DNA from: Candidatus Aminicenantes bacterium
Lineage (GTDB): Bacteria > Acidobacteriota > Aminicenantia > Aminicenantales > Saccharicenantaceae
Length of the DNA stretch: 64,000 nt
Assembly: GCA_041303965.1 (NCBI GenBank)
Contig: JBFYOD010000001.1
Location: 30,552 to 94,551, forward strand
Direction of reading: 5' to 3'
Shown here: one piece after another, positions 1 to 7,934 of the stretch
How positions within the stretch are numbered: the first letter of the stretch is position 1
How the letters are laid out: each line of letters opens with the position of its first letter
Made by a program: the position numbers and the translations under genes
The notes under the pieces: model-generated
Databases searched by the model: none
Seen by the model: the letters and a program-made list of their open reading frames with translations, nothing else
What the model was told of the DNA's origin: nothing

Positions 1-315
1 GTCGGCAATCTCGTCTGCCCCGCCTCTTATGACCTGGGAGAGGACCTTCGCTTTGTCCTCCTGTCTTCCCCCGAAGGCGATGATAAGCCGGCCAAATACC
101 CGCAGGCCTTCCTATCCGCGGACTGTCTCATCCTGACCAAGGCGGACCTCGTCCCCTATCTGCCGTTCGACCCGGCCAAGGCGGCGGCCGAGGCCTTGTC
201 CATCAAGCCCGGGCTCCGCGTCTTCACGGTCTCCGCCTTGCGCGGCGACGGCGTGGACGCCCTCGTCGGATATCTCGTCGAGGCCCTCGAGGGGCTGAGG
301 TCCGGCCGTGCATGA
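1..315 (+). CDS. hypB: Hydrogenase nickel-incorporation GTPase HypB, C-terminal part (5' end cut by window edge)
   Basis: Frame 1 reads VGNLVCPASYDLGEDLRFVLLSSPEGDDKPAKYP...ILTKADLVPY...VSALRGDGVD without stops, the conserved HypB C-terminus. TGA stop at 313-315. Confidence 0.85.
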   Translation, partial: VGNLVCPASYDLGEDLRFVLLSSPEGDDKPAKYPQAFLSADCLILTKADLVPYLPFDPAKAAAEALSIKPGLRVFTVSALRGDGVDALVGYLVEALEGLRSGRA

Positions 316-661
316 GCTGTCCCTCATCGCCTCCGTCTTCGACGTCCTCGAAGAGAAGGCCCGCGAACACGGCGCTTCACAGGTCACGGCGGTCCGTCTC
401 CAGGTGGGCCGGATGTCCGGGGTCGTCCCCGAACTCCTCGCATCGGCCTTCGACATCTATAAGAAAGGAACGCTGGCCGAAGGCGGCCGGCTCGAGATCG
501 TCATCGTTCCGGTCAAGCTCCGCTGCCCCGACTGTGGCGGCGCGAGCGTCCGCGAAGACACCGATTTCTCCTGCGCCATCTGCGGTTCGAGGCGGGTCGA
601 GATCGTGGAGGGGCAAGACATCGTCGTCGAGAAAATCGAGCTCGAGACCGGCCAAACGTGA
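308..661 (+). CDS. hypA: Hydrogenase nickel insertion protein HypA
   Basis: 117 aa with MHELSL N-terminus and a CPDCGG...CAICGS zinc-ribbon motif. GTG start overlaps the hypB stop by 8 nt. Confidence 0.9.
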   Translation: MHELSLIASVFDVLEEKAREHGASQVTAVRLQVGRMSGVVPELLASAFDIYKKGTLAEGGRLEIVIVPVKLRCPDCGGASVREDTDFSCAICGSRRVEIVEGQDIVVEKIELETGQT

Positions 662-687
662 CCCGTGGCCGTTCGGCCTCGCGCCTA

Positions 688-717
688 TTGACAAAGCCGA
701 AAACGTTCTGCTATAAA
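688..717 (+). promoter_or_regulatory. Candidate sigma70-type promoter of the redox operon (TTGACA, 18 nt, TATAAA)
   Basis: TTGACA at 688-693 and TATAAA at 712-717, in an AT-richer stretch after hypA. Confidence 0.35.
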
Positions 718-972
718 TGCCATCTTGTTGTTTGATTATTGAGTCTCCCGGCAAAGCCGTTAAGGAGTTTTTTATTTTTATAGACTATATTCGCCCGTCC
801 CTGAGGCCGGCAGCCGACCGAAGCACCGCCGATCTGGACGGCCTCGAATTGCAGGCCCTTGGGGATGCCGCCTCCTTCCTGCCCGTCTTCCAAAGGGCCG
901 CTCCACCATACCGGCCGAACCCGACTCACCGACTTCCGCCCGCACCGCAAACCCCCATATTGGAGGGATGAT

Positions 973-1512
973 TTGGACATCGATGAAACCAAAGTCCGAA
1001 ACCTGATCGATAAGCATCAGGGGCTCAAGAAGAACCTGATCGCCATCCTACTGGACATCCAGGAGCTTTTCAACTACCTCCCTCCGGATTCTCTCCGCCA
1101 GGTCGCCGGGGCGCTCTGCATCCCCCTGAGCGACGTCCTGGGCGTGGCCACGTTCTACCGGGCTTTCAGCCTGAAGCCCCGGGGCAAGCACATCTGTCTC
1201 GTCTGCCTCGGGACGGCCTGCCATGTCCGGGGCGGCCAGAGACTCCTGGAGGAGATCGAGCGGAAGCTCGACGTCCCGGCCGGGGAGAACACCAAGGACG
1301 GCCAGTTCACGTTGGAGACGGCCGCCTGTCTCGGGTGCTGCGCCATCGGGCCCGTCGTCGTCGTTGACGGCGAGTACCACGGCCACGCCACGATCAAGAG
1401 GGTCGGCCCGATCCTCGGCAAGTACAGCAGACCGAAGCCGTCGGGAAAACGGCGGAAGGCCGCCGCCAGGCCCGCCTCCGGAAAGAGGGCGCGGGCCGCC
1501 GGGAAGAAATGA
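973..1512 (+). CDS. NuoE/HydC/HoxE-like thioredoxin-fold [2Fe-2S] subunit
   Basis: LLDIQELFNYLP...ATFYRAFSLKPRGKHICLVCLGTACHVRG...CLGCCAIGPVVVVDG matches NADH dehydrogenase 24-kDa subunit motifs. The ORF is open from 859. I prefer TTG at 973, preceded by GGAGGG (start uncertain). Confidence 0.8.
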   Translation: MDIDETKVRNLIDKHQGLKKNLIAILLDIQELFNYLPPDSLRQVAGALCIPLSDVLGVATFYRAFSLKPRGKHICLVCLGTACHVRGGQRLLEEIERKLDVPAGENTKDGQFTLETAACLGCCAIGPVVVVDGEYHGHATIKRVGPILGKYSRPKPSGKRRKAAARPASGKRARAAGKK

Positions 1513-1531
1513 CAGAAAGAGAGGGAATCTG

Positions 1532-1924
1532 ATGGCCGCGAAAAAGAAGCTCAGCATCCAGGATTTGGCCAAGATCCGGGAAAAAACCAAATCCCTCATG
1601 ACCATCCGGGAAGGCGAGGGCCGGGCCCGGGTCACCGTCCACATGGGCACCTGCGGCATCGCCGCCGGCGCCCGCGACATCATGGACGCCCTCCTCGCCG
1701 AGATCGCCAAGGCCAAGGTCCAGGACGTCATCGTCACGACCTCCGGCTGCGCCGGGCTGTGCAACGCCGAACCCATGGCCACGATCGAGCTCAAGGGCCA
1801 GCCCCCCGTGAAGTACGGAGATCTCACGGCGGAGAAGATGAGGAAGATCGTCGCCCAGCACATCCTGGGCGGGAAGATGGTGACCGAATACGTCCTGGGC
1901 GTCGGAAGCGAAACGATGTACTGA
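1532..1924 (+). CDS. HndB-like thioredoxin-fold [2Fe-2S] ferredoxin subunit
   Basis: MAAKKKLSIQDLAKIRE...VTVHMGTCGIAAGA...TSGCAGLCNAEPM, as in HndB/HydB N-terminal-type small subunits. ATG at 1532 lies inside the longer 1223..1924 ORF. Confidence 0.8.
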   Translation: MAAKKKLSIQDLAKIREKTKSLMTIREGEGRARVTVHMGTCGIAAGARDIMDALLAEIAKAKVQDVIVTTSGCAGLCNAEPMATIELKGQPPVKYGDLTAEKMRKIVAQHILGGKMVTEYVLGVGSETMY

Positions 1925-1934
1925 GGGAGGCCCC

Positions 1935-4900
1935 TTGAAACAATATCGAGCTCACTTATTGGTCTGCGCCGGCACGGGCTGTGTGTCCAGCGGGTCCTTC
2001 AAGATCAAGGAGGCCCTGGAGAAGGAGATCCGGAAGCGGCGTCTCCAGGACGAGGTCCAGGTCGTCGCGACGGGCTGCAACGGATTCTGCGAGAGGGGCC
2101 CGATCGTCATGGTCCAGCCCGACGGCATCTTCTACCAGCTCCTCAAGGTCGAAGACGTCCCCCGCCTGGTCGAGGAGCACCTGCTCAAGGGCCGCCCGGT
2201 CAAGAAGCTGATGTACGTCCCCCCGGCCGAGGACAAGCCGGTCCCGAAGATGAAGGACATCGAGTTCTTCAAGCACCAGCGGCTGATCGTCCTGCGGAAC
2301 CGGGGCCGGATCGACCCGGAGAAGATCGACGAGTACATCGCCTTCGACGGCTACGAGGCGCTGGGCAAGGCCCTGTCCAAGATGACGCCCGACGACATCC
2401 TCGAAGAGGTCTCAGCCTCGGGGCTGCGGGGCCGGGGCGGCGCCGGCTTCCCCACGGGCAAGAAGTGGGCCGTATGCGCCAAAGGCAAGAGGACGCCGAA
2501 ATACATCATCTGCAACGGCGACGAAGGGGACCCGGGCGCCTTCATGGACCGCTCGGTCCTCGAGGCGGATCCCCACGCGGTCATCGAGGGGATGATCATC
2601 GGGGCCAAGGCCATCGGCGCCGCGAAGGGGTTCATCTACATCCGGCACGAATACCCGCTGGCCATCAAGCGCGTCGAGATCGCCATCCAGCAGGCCCGGG
2701 AATACGGGCTGCTCGGCAAGGACATCCTGGGCAAGGGATTCGATTTCGAGCTCGAGATCGTCCAGGGCGCGGGCGCGTTCGTCTCCGGAGAGGAGACCGC
2801 CCTGATCGCGTCCGTCGAGGGCAAGATCGCCATGCCCCGCCAGAGGCCGCCCTTCCCCGCCCACAAGGGCCTCTGGGGGTCGCCGACGGTCATCAACAAC
2901 GTCGAGACGTGGGCGACCGTCGCCAACATCATCCGGCGCGGCGCGAAGTGGTACTCGGGCCTGGGGACGGACACGAGCAAGGGGACGAAGATCTTCTCGC
3001 TCGTCGGCAAGATCAACAACACGGGCCTCGTCGAGGTCCCGATGGGCATCTCCCTCCGCGAGATCATTTTCGGCATCGGCGGCGGCGTCCCCGGCGGAAG
3101 GGCCTTCAAGGCCGTCCAGATCGGCGGGCCCTCGGGGGGATGCATCCCAGCCAAGCTCCTGGACCTGCCCGTCGACTACGAGAGCCTGACGGGCGCGGGC
3201 GCCATGATGGGCTCCGGCGGCATGATCGTCATGGACGACAAGACCTGCATGGTCGACATCGCCAAGTACTTCCTCAACTTCCTCCGCGACGAGTCCTGCG
3301 GAAAATGCATCTCCTGCCGCGAGGGGACCCAGAGGATGTGGGAGCTCGTCAGCAAGATCACGGACGGACAGGGGACGCTCGAGGACATCAGCCTCCTCGA
3401 GGAGCTGGCGATCGCCGTCAAGGACGCCTCCCTCTGCGGACTGGGACAGACGGCGGCCAATCCCGTCCTGTCCACCCTGCGCTATTTCCGCGCGGAATAC
3501 GAGAAGCACGTCGTCGACAAAAGATGCCCGGCCATGGTCTGCAAGGAGATCGTCTCCGCGCCCTGCCAGTACATCTGCCCCATCGACCAGGAGGCGTCCA
3601 GTTACATCGGGCTCATCGCCCAGAAGAAGTACGAGGAGGCCTTCAAGGTCATCCGCAAGGACAACCCCCTGCCGTCGGTCTGCGGCCGGGTCTGCAGCCG
3701 GGCCTGCGAATCGGTCTGCCGGGCCGGCGAAGCCGGCGAGCCCATCGCCATCCGGGCCCTGAAGCGATTCGTCCTCGATTGGGCCCGGGAGAAGGGCCTG
3801 CCTGCCCCGGCGAGGTTCCCCGTCACGAAGGCAGAGAAGATCGCCATCATCGGCGCCGGGCCGGCCGGTCTGGCGGCCGGCTACGAGCTGGTCAAGAAGG
3901 GCTATCCCGTCAGGGTCTTCGAGTCCCTGCCCGTCGCCGGCGGCATGCTCCGGGTGACCATCCCCGACCACCGCCTGCCCAAGGAGCGTCTCCAGGACGA
4001 CCTCGACTACCTCGTCGGCTGCGGGCTGAACATCAAGACCAACATGACCCTGGGCAAGGATTTCACCTTGGACGACCTCTTCCAACAGGGATACAAGGCC
4101 GTCTTCCTGGCCACGGGCGCCCACAAGCCCCTGGAGATGGGCGTCCCCGGGGAGGAGGCCGAAGGCGTTCTCCAGGCCCTGGAGTACCTCAAGGACCACC
4201 ACCTCGGCATCCCCGTCTCTCTCGGCGCCCGGGTCGTGGTCATCGGCGGCGGCAATTCGGCCGTCGACGCCGCCCGCGTCGCCTTCCGCGACAAGCGGGT
4301 CAAGCAGGCGACGATCCTCTACCGCCGGACGCGGAAAGAGATGCCGGCCTATCCCGAGGAGGTCGAGGCCGGCCTCGAAGAGGGCGTCAAGATCGAGTAT
4401 CTCGTCGCCCCGGTCCGCATCCGCATCAAGGACGGCAGGGTCGTCGGCGTCGAATGCATCCGCATGAAGCTCGGCGAAAAGGACGCCAGCGGCCGGGCCA
4501 GGCCCGTGCCGATCCCGGGTTCAGAATTCCAGGTCCCGGCCGACACCCTGATCCTGGCCATCAGCGAGCGGGCCTACACGCCGTACCTCAAGGACAGCGA
4601 CGGCCTGACGCTCTCCCCGGAATGGGGCACGATCATCGTCGACCCGGCCAGCATGGCCACGACCCGCCCGGGAGTCTTCGCCGGCGGCGACGTCGTCTCG
4701 GGCCCAAGCAGCGTCGTCGAGGCGATGGCGGCCGGCAAGACGGCCGCCAGGGCCATCGAGTGCTACCTCGAAGGCCGTAGCCTGGTCTGTCCGCACGAAG
4801 TGACCCGGCCCTCCGTCTACGTGGAGCCGGTCAAGCTGACGGAAGAGGAGGCCCGGAACACGAAGAGAGCCAAGATGCCTCATCTCCCTCTGGGGAAGAG

Positions 4901-5027
4901 GAAATCGGGGCACGAGGAGATCGAACTGGGCTTCACCAGGGAACTCGCCCTGAAGGAGGCCCGGCGTTGCCTGCGCTGCGAGCTCGAAACGCGCGACGCC
5001 AAAAAAGCGATAGGACGTGAAAAATGA
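1935..5027 (+). CDS. NuoF/HydB-like FMN-FeS subunit fused to a GltD/NfnB-like FAD/NAD(P)H oxidoreductase (1030 aa)
   Basis: N-terminal 2Fe-2S thioredoxin-like region (LLVCAGTGC...CNGFCERGP). NuoF motifs GLRGRGGAGFPTGKKW, CNGDEGDPGAFMDR, ESCGKCISCREG. Then GltD motifs [50 protein letters not shown] start after GGGAGG. Confidence 0.9.
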   Translation: MKQYRAHLLVCAGTGCVSSGSFKIKEALEKEIRKRRLQDEVQVVATGCNGFCERGPIVMVQPDGIFYQLLKVEDVPRLVEEHLLKGRPVKKLMYVPPAEDKPVPKMKDIEFFKHQRLIVLRNRGRIDPEKIDEYIAFDGYEALGKALSKMTPDDILEEVSASGLRGRGGAGFPTGKKWAVCAKGKRTPKYIICNGDEGDPGAFMDRSVLEADPHAVIEGMIIGAKAIGAAKGFIYIRHEYPLAIKRVEIAIQQAREYGLLGKDILGKGFDFELEIVQGAGAFVSGEETALIASVEGKIAMPRQRPPFPAHKGLWGSPTVINNVETWATVANIIRRGAKWYSGLGTDTSKGTKIFSLVGKINNTGLVEVPMGISLREIIFGIGGGVPGGRAFKAVQIGGPSGGCIPAKLLDLPVDYESLTGAGAMMGSGGMIVMDDKTCMVDIAKYFLNFLRDESCGKCISCREGTQRMWELVSKITDGQGTLEDISLLEELAIAVKDASLCGLGQTAANPVLSTLRYFRAEYEKHVVDKRCPAMVCKEIVSAPCQYICPIDQEASSYIGLIAQKKYEEAFKVIRKDNPLPSVCGRVCSRACESVCRAGEAGEPIAIRALKRFVLDWAREKGLPAPARFPVTKAEKIAIIGAGPAGLAAGYELVKKGYPVRVFESLPVAGGMLRVTIPDHRLPKERLQDDLDYLVGCGLNIKTNMTLGKDFTLDDLFQQGYKAVFLATGAHKPLEMGVPGEEAEGVLQALEYLKDHHLGIPVSLGARVVVIGGGNSAVDAARVAFRDKRVKQATILYRRTRKEMPAYPEEVEAGLEEGVKIEYLVAPVRIRIKDGRVVGVECIRMKLGEKDASGRARPVPIPGSEFQVPADTLILAISERAYTPYLKDSDGLTLSPEWGTIIVDPASMATTRPGVFAGGDVVSGPSSVVEAMAAGKTAARAIECYLEGRSLVCPHEVTRPSVYVEPVKLTEEEARNTKRAKMPHLPLGKRKSGHEEIELGFTRELALKEARRCLRCELETRDAKKAIGREK

Positions 5028-5704
5028 TAGAGTTCATCCTCAACGGTTTACCGGTCAAGGCCGAGGAGGGCTGGACGGTCCTCGAGACGGCCAAGTTCTA
5101 CGGCCTGGAGATCCCGACCCTCTGCCACCATGAGGGGCTGACGGAGTTCGGCGGCTGCCGCCTCTGTCTGGTCGAGATCGGAACCCCTCCCAAGTCGAAG
5201 CTGGTGACGTCCTGCACCTACCCCGCCGAAGAGGGTCTCGTCGTCCGGACCGACTCCACCAGGGTCTGGGCGGCGCGGCGGATGATGATCGAGCTCATGC
5301 TTTCCGTCGCGCCTGGCTCCAAGGTCCTCCAGGACCTGGCCTCGAAGTTCGGCGTCACCAAGGTCCGGTTCACGCCCCGCAACGAGGAGTGCATTCTCTG
5401 CGGCCTGTGCGTGAGGATGTGCGCGGAGCAGATGGATGCGCGGGCCATCGGCTTCCAGCAGCGGGGCCACAAGAGGAAGATCTCGACGCCGTTCGACATC
5501 CGGTCGGAAGAGTGCCGGCTGTGCGGCGCCTGCATGTACATCTGCCCCGCCTGCCAGCTCCGCTGCCAGGGCCCTAACGCGGAGACCACCCTCTGCAACG
5601 CCTGCCTGACCATGGACCCTTCCTGCTTGGAGCATTATGAGGACCTCCAGTGCTGGATGTACGACGCGGGCCGCTGCGGCACGTGCGTCCGGGAAAAGAC
5701 CTGA
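5024..5704 (+). CDS. HydA/NuoG N-terminal-type FeS protein (2Fe-2S plus two 4Fe-4S motifs), no catalytic domain
   Basis: IEFILNG...PTLCHHEGLTEFGGCRLCLVEIG...SC (2Fe-2S), then ECILCGLCVRMC and ECRLCGACMYICPAC ferredoxin motifs and a Cys-rich tail. ATGA overlap with the upstream gene. Confidence 0.85.
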   Translation: MIEFILNGLPVKAEEGWTVLETAKFYGLEIPTLCHHEGLTEFGGCRLCLVEIGTPPKSKLVTSCTYPAEEGLVVRTDSTRVWAARRMMIELMLSVAPGSKVLQDLASKFGVTKVRFTPRNEECILCGLCVRMCAEQMDARAIGFQQRGHKRKISTPFDIRSEECRLCGACMYICPACQLRCQGPNAETTLCNACLTMDPSCLEHYEDLQCWMYDAGRCGTCVREKT

Positions 5705-5763
5705 CCGGGTTTGAAACATGAACCCAAGGAATAAAACCTAAAGGATATCGAGGAGGTAATTTC

Positions 5764-7347
5764 ATGCCGACTTTGACAAAGCTCAACAGAAGCGCCGCCA
5801 CCCTGACCAAGAACCGGACGGAGGGTTCGATCAGCCCCTTCAGCGGGATGTGCGTGACCTGCGTCGACGGCTGCATCGGGATGTGCGAGATCGGGAAATC
5901 CGCCTACCGCGGGGCCGAGGTCCTCTACCCCCAGCCGTTCGGGATCATCACGGCGGGCTGCGAGAAGGACTATCCCGTCGACCTGTCCCACTTCAGCATC
6001 ATGGGGACGGCCAAAGGGGCCTGGGGCGTGCCCGCCGACAGCGACCAGGCGACCTTCGAGAAAGTCTCCGTCGAGACGAAGATCGGCGTCAAGAAGGACC
6101 TCAAGCTCAAGGTCCCGTTCATCATCTCCGGCATGGGATCGACCAACGTCGCCCTGCAGAACTGGGCGGGCCTCGGCGGCGGCGCGGCCATCGCCGGGAC
6201 CATCCTGACGATCGGCGAGAACGTCTGCGGCATGGACGACAAGACGGAGCTCAAGAACGGGCGCGTCGTCCGCTCCCCGGACATGGAGTTCCGCATCAAG
6301 TCCTTCCGCGACTGGCAGGACGGTTATGGCGACGTCGTCGTCCAGGCCAACGTCGAGGACACGCGGCTGGGCGTCCAGGAATACGCCATCGAAAAGCTGG
6401 GCATCGAGACAGTTGAACTCAAGTGGGGCCAGGGGGCCAAGGACATCGGCGGCGAGGTCAAGATCAAGAGCATTAAGAAGGCCCAAGCCCTTAAGAAAAA
6501 GGGCTACATCGTCCTGCCCGACCCCGAAGACCCCAACGTCATCGCCGCCTTCGAGAAGGGCAGCTTCAAGGAATTCGAACGTCATTCCCGCCTGGGGATG
6601 GTTGAGGAAGACAGCTTCATGAAGCGGGTCGAAGAGCTGCGCAAGCTCGGCGCCAAGCGCGTCTTCCTGAAGACGGGCGCCTACCGGCCGGCCGATCTGG
6701 CCCGGGCCGTCAAGTACGCCTCCAAGGCCAAGCTCGACCTGCTGACCGTCGACGGCGCGGGCGGCGGCACGGGCATGAGCCCCTGGCGGATGATGAACGA
6801 ATGGGGCATTCCGACCGTCGAAATCTGGTCCCTCACCTGGAAGTTCGCCGACCAGCTGGCCAAGCAGAAAGAGTTCGTGCCCGACCTGGCCTTCGGCGGC
6901 GGGATCACTTTCGAGGACCAGATCTTCAAGGTCCTCTCCCTCGGCGCGCCCTACGTCAAGGCCGTCGGCATGGCCCGTTCGCCCCTGGCCGCGGCCATGG
7001 TCGGCAAGACGATCGGCGGCCGCATCAACGACGGCCAGATCCCGGTCTACGTCGAGCGCTTCGGCAGCAGCAAGGACGAGATCTTCGTCACCGCCCCCGA
7101 GCTGCGGCGGCGCTTCGGCGCCCGGTTCGACGAGCTCCCGGCCGGGGCCATCGGCGTCTACACCTATTTCAAGCGGCTGAGCCAGGGCCTCCGCCAGATG
7201 ATGGCCGGCGAGCGCAAGTTCTCGCTCGAGTACGTCACCCGCGACGACATCGCCTCCCTCACCAAGGAAGCGGCCGACATCAGCGGCATCCCCTACATCA
7301 CGGACGTCGACAAGGAAGAAGTCCAGAAGATCCTCAAGGCGAAATAG
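5764..7347 (+). CDS. Glutamate synthase-related FMN-domain protein (stand-alone GltB domain-2-like)
   Basis: 527 aa with an N-terminal CVTCVDGCIGMC motif, then ...PFIISGMGSTN...TVELKWGQGAKDIGGEVKI...LLTVDGAGGGTGMSP..., typical of the Glu_synthase FMN barrel. GAGGAGG RBS. Confidence 0.85.
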   Translation: MPTLTKLNRSAATLTKNRTEGSISPFSGMCVTCVDGCIGMCEIGKSAYRGAEVLYPQPFGIITAGCEKDYPVDLSHFSIMGTAKGAWGVPADSDQATFEKVSVETKIGVKKDLKLKVPFIISGMGSTNVALQNWAGLGGGAAIAGTILTIGENVCGMDDKTELKNGRVVRSPDMEFRIKSFRDWQDGYGDVVVQANVEDTRLGVQEYAIEKLGIETVELKWGQGAKDIGGEVKIKSIKKAQALKKKGYIVLPDPEDPNVIAAFEKGSFKEFERHSRLGMVEEDSFMKRVEELRKLGAKRVFLKTGAYRPADLARAVKYASKAKLDLLTVDGAGGGTGMSPWRMMNEWGIPTVEIWSLTWKFADQLAKQKEFVPDLAFGGGITFEDQIFKVLSLGAPYVKAVGMARSPLAAAMVGKTIGGRINDGQIPVYVERFGSSKDEIFVTAPELRRRFGARFDELPAGAIGVYTYFKRLSQGLRQMMAGERKFSLEYVTRDDIASLTKEAADISGIPYITDVDKEEVQKILKAK

Positions 7348-7375
7348 GCGTTTCGACCAATTGAATTGCCTCCTG

Positions 7376-7412
7376 CAGGGGGACGAGCCTGGGCTCGTCC
7401 CCCTGTTTTTTT
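7376..7412 (+). terminator. Rho-independent terminator of the redox operon
   Basis: Perfect 13-bp GC-rich stem CAGGGGGACGAGC / GCTCGTCCCCCTG, 4-nt loop, then T7. Confidence 0.75.
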
Positions 7413-7496
7413 ATCCCCACTAAGATATTTCCTGGGATTGCGGCTTCGAGTCGCTCCGCCGCAATCCCATCGGTCGCTTCCAAGAGTCCGCTCTCT

Positions 7497-7520
7497 GCCG
7501 GTCCCCTCCGGCTTTTTTTT
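7497..7520 (+). terminator. Second, weaker terminator-like hairpin with T8 tract
   Basis: GCCGG tcccct CCGGC followed by TTTTTTTT. Confidence 0.4.
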
Positions 7521-7580
7521 ATCGTCCGTTCCGGATATAATGAAGACATCCTCGGAATTCCGGCGCGGCGGGAGGTCCCG

Positions 7581-7934
7581 ATGATCGTGCTCAAGGACGT
7601 TCTGGCCCTACTCAAAGGCGAGCTTTTGACCCCGGGCAGCCCTCTCGAGGTCGCCTTTCCGAAGATCTTCGCTTCCGATCTGATGAGCGACGTCCTGACC
7701 TCGGCCGAACCCGGCTCCCTCCTCTTGACGGGCCTGGCGAATCCCCACGTCGTCTGCACCTGCTCCGTCGCTGACCTGGCGGCGGTCGTATTCGTCCAGG
7801 GGAAACGGCCGGGACCCGATGTCATCGACCAAGCCCGGTTGAAAAGCTTGCCCCTCATCGCCACGAAAATGCCGATGTTCGAAGCCTGCTCCCTGCTTGC
7901 GCTCTTCTTTAAGGACGGTCCCCATGGCCACTGA
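7581..7934 (+). CDS. DRTGG-like domain protein (hfs-type sensory cluster, gene 1)
   Basis: 117 aa, ...FASDLMSDVLTSAEPGSLLLTGLANPHVV...LPLIATKMPMFEA. GGAGG RBS 5 nt upstream. Paralogous to 9635..9976. Confidence 0.7.
   Translation: MIVLKDVLALLKGELLTPGSPLEVAFPKIFASDLMSDVLTSAEPGSLLLTGLANPHVVCTCSVADLAAVVFVQGKRPGPDVIDQARLKSLPLIATKMPMFEACSLLALFFKDGPHGH

Noticed and set aside
859-972. Longer N-terminal version of the NuoE-like protein starting at 859
   Set aside because: The added residues (MGMPPPSCPSSKGPLHHTGRTRLTDFRPHRKPPYW...) are Pro/Arg-rich and atypical for NuoE. TTG at 973 has a GGAGGG RBS. The start remains uncertain without experimental data.
2412-4202. 596-aa minus-strand ORF antisense to the NuoF::GltD gene
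   Set aside because: It is Arg/Gly/Asp/Leu-rich, low-complexity translation with no recognisable motifs, and lies fully inside a gene with unmistakable NuoF/GltD motifs. This is the typical open antisense frame of high-GC DNA.
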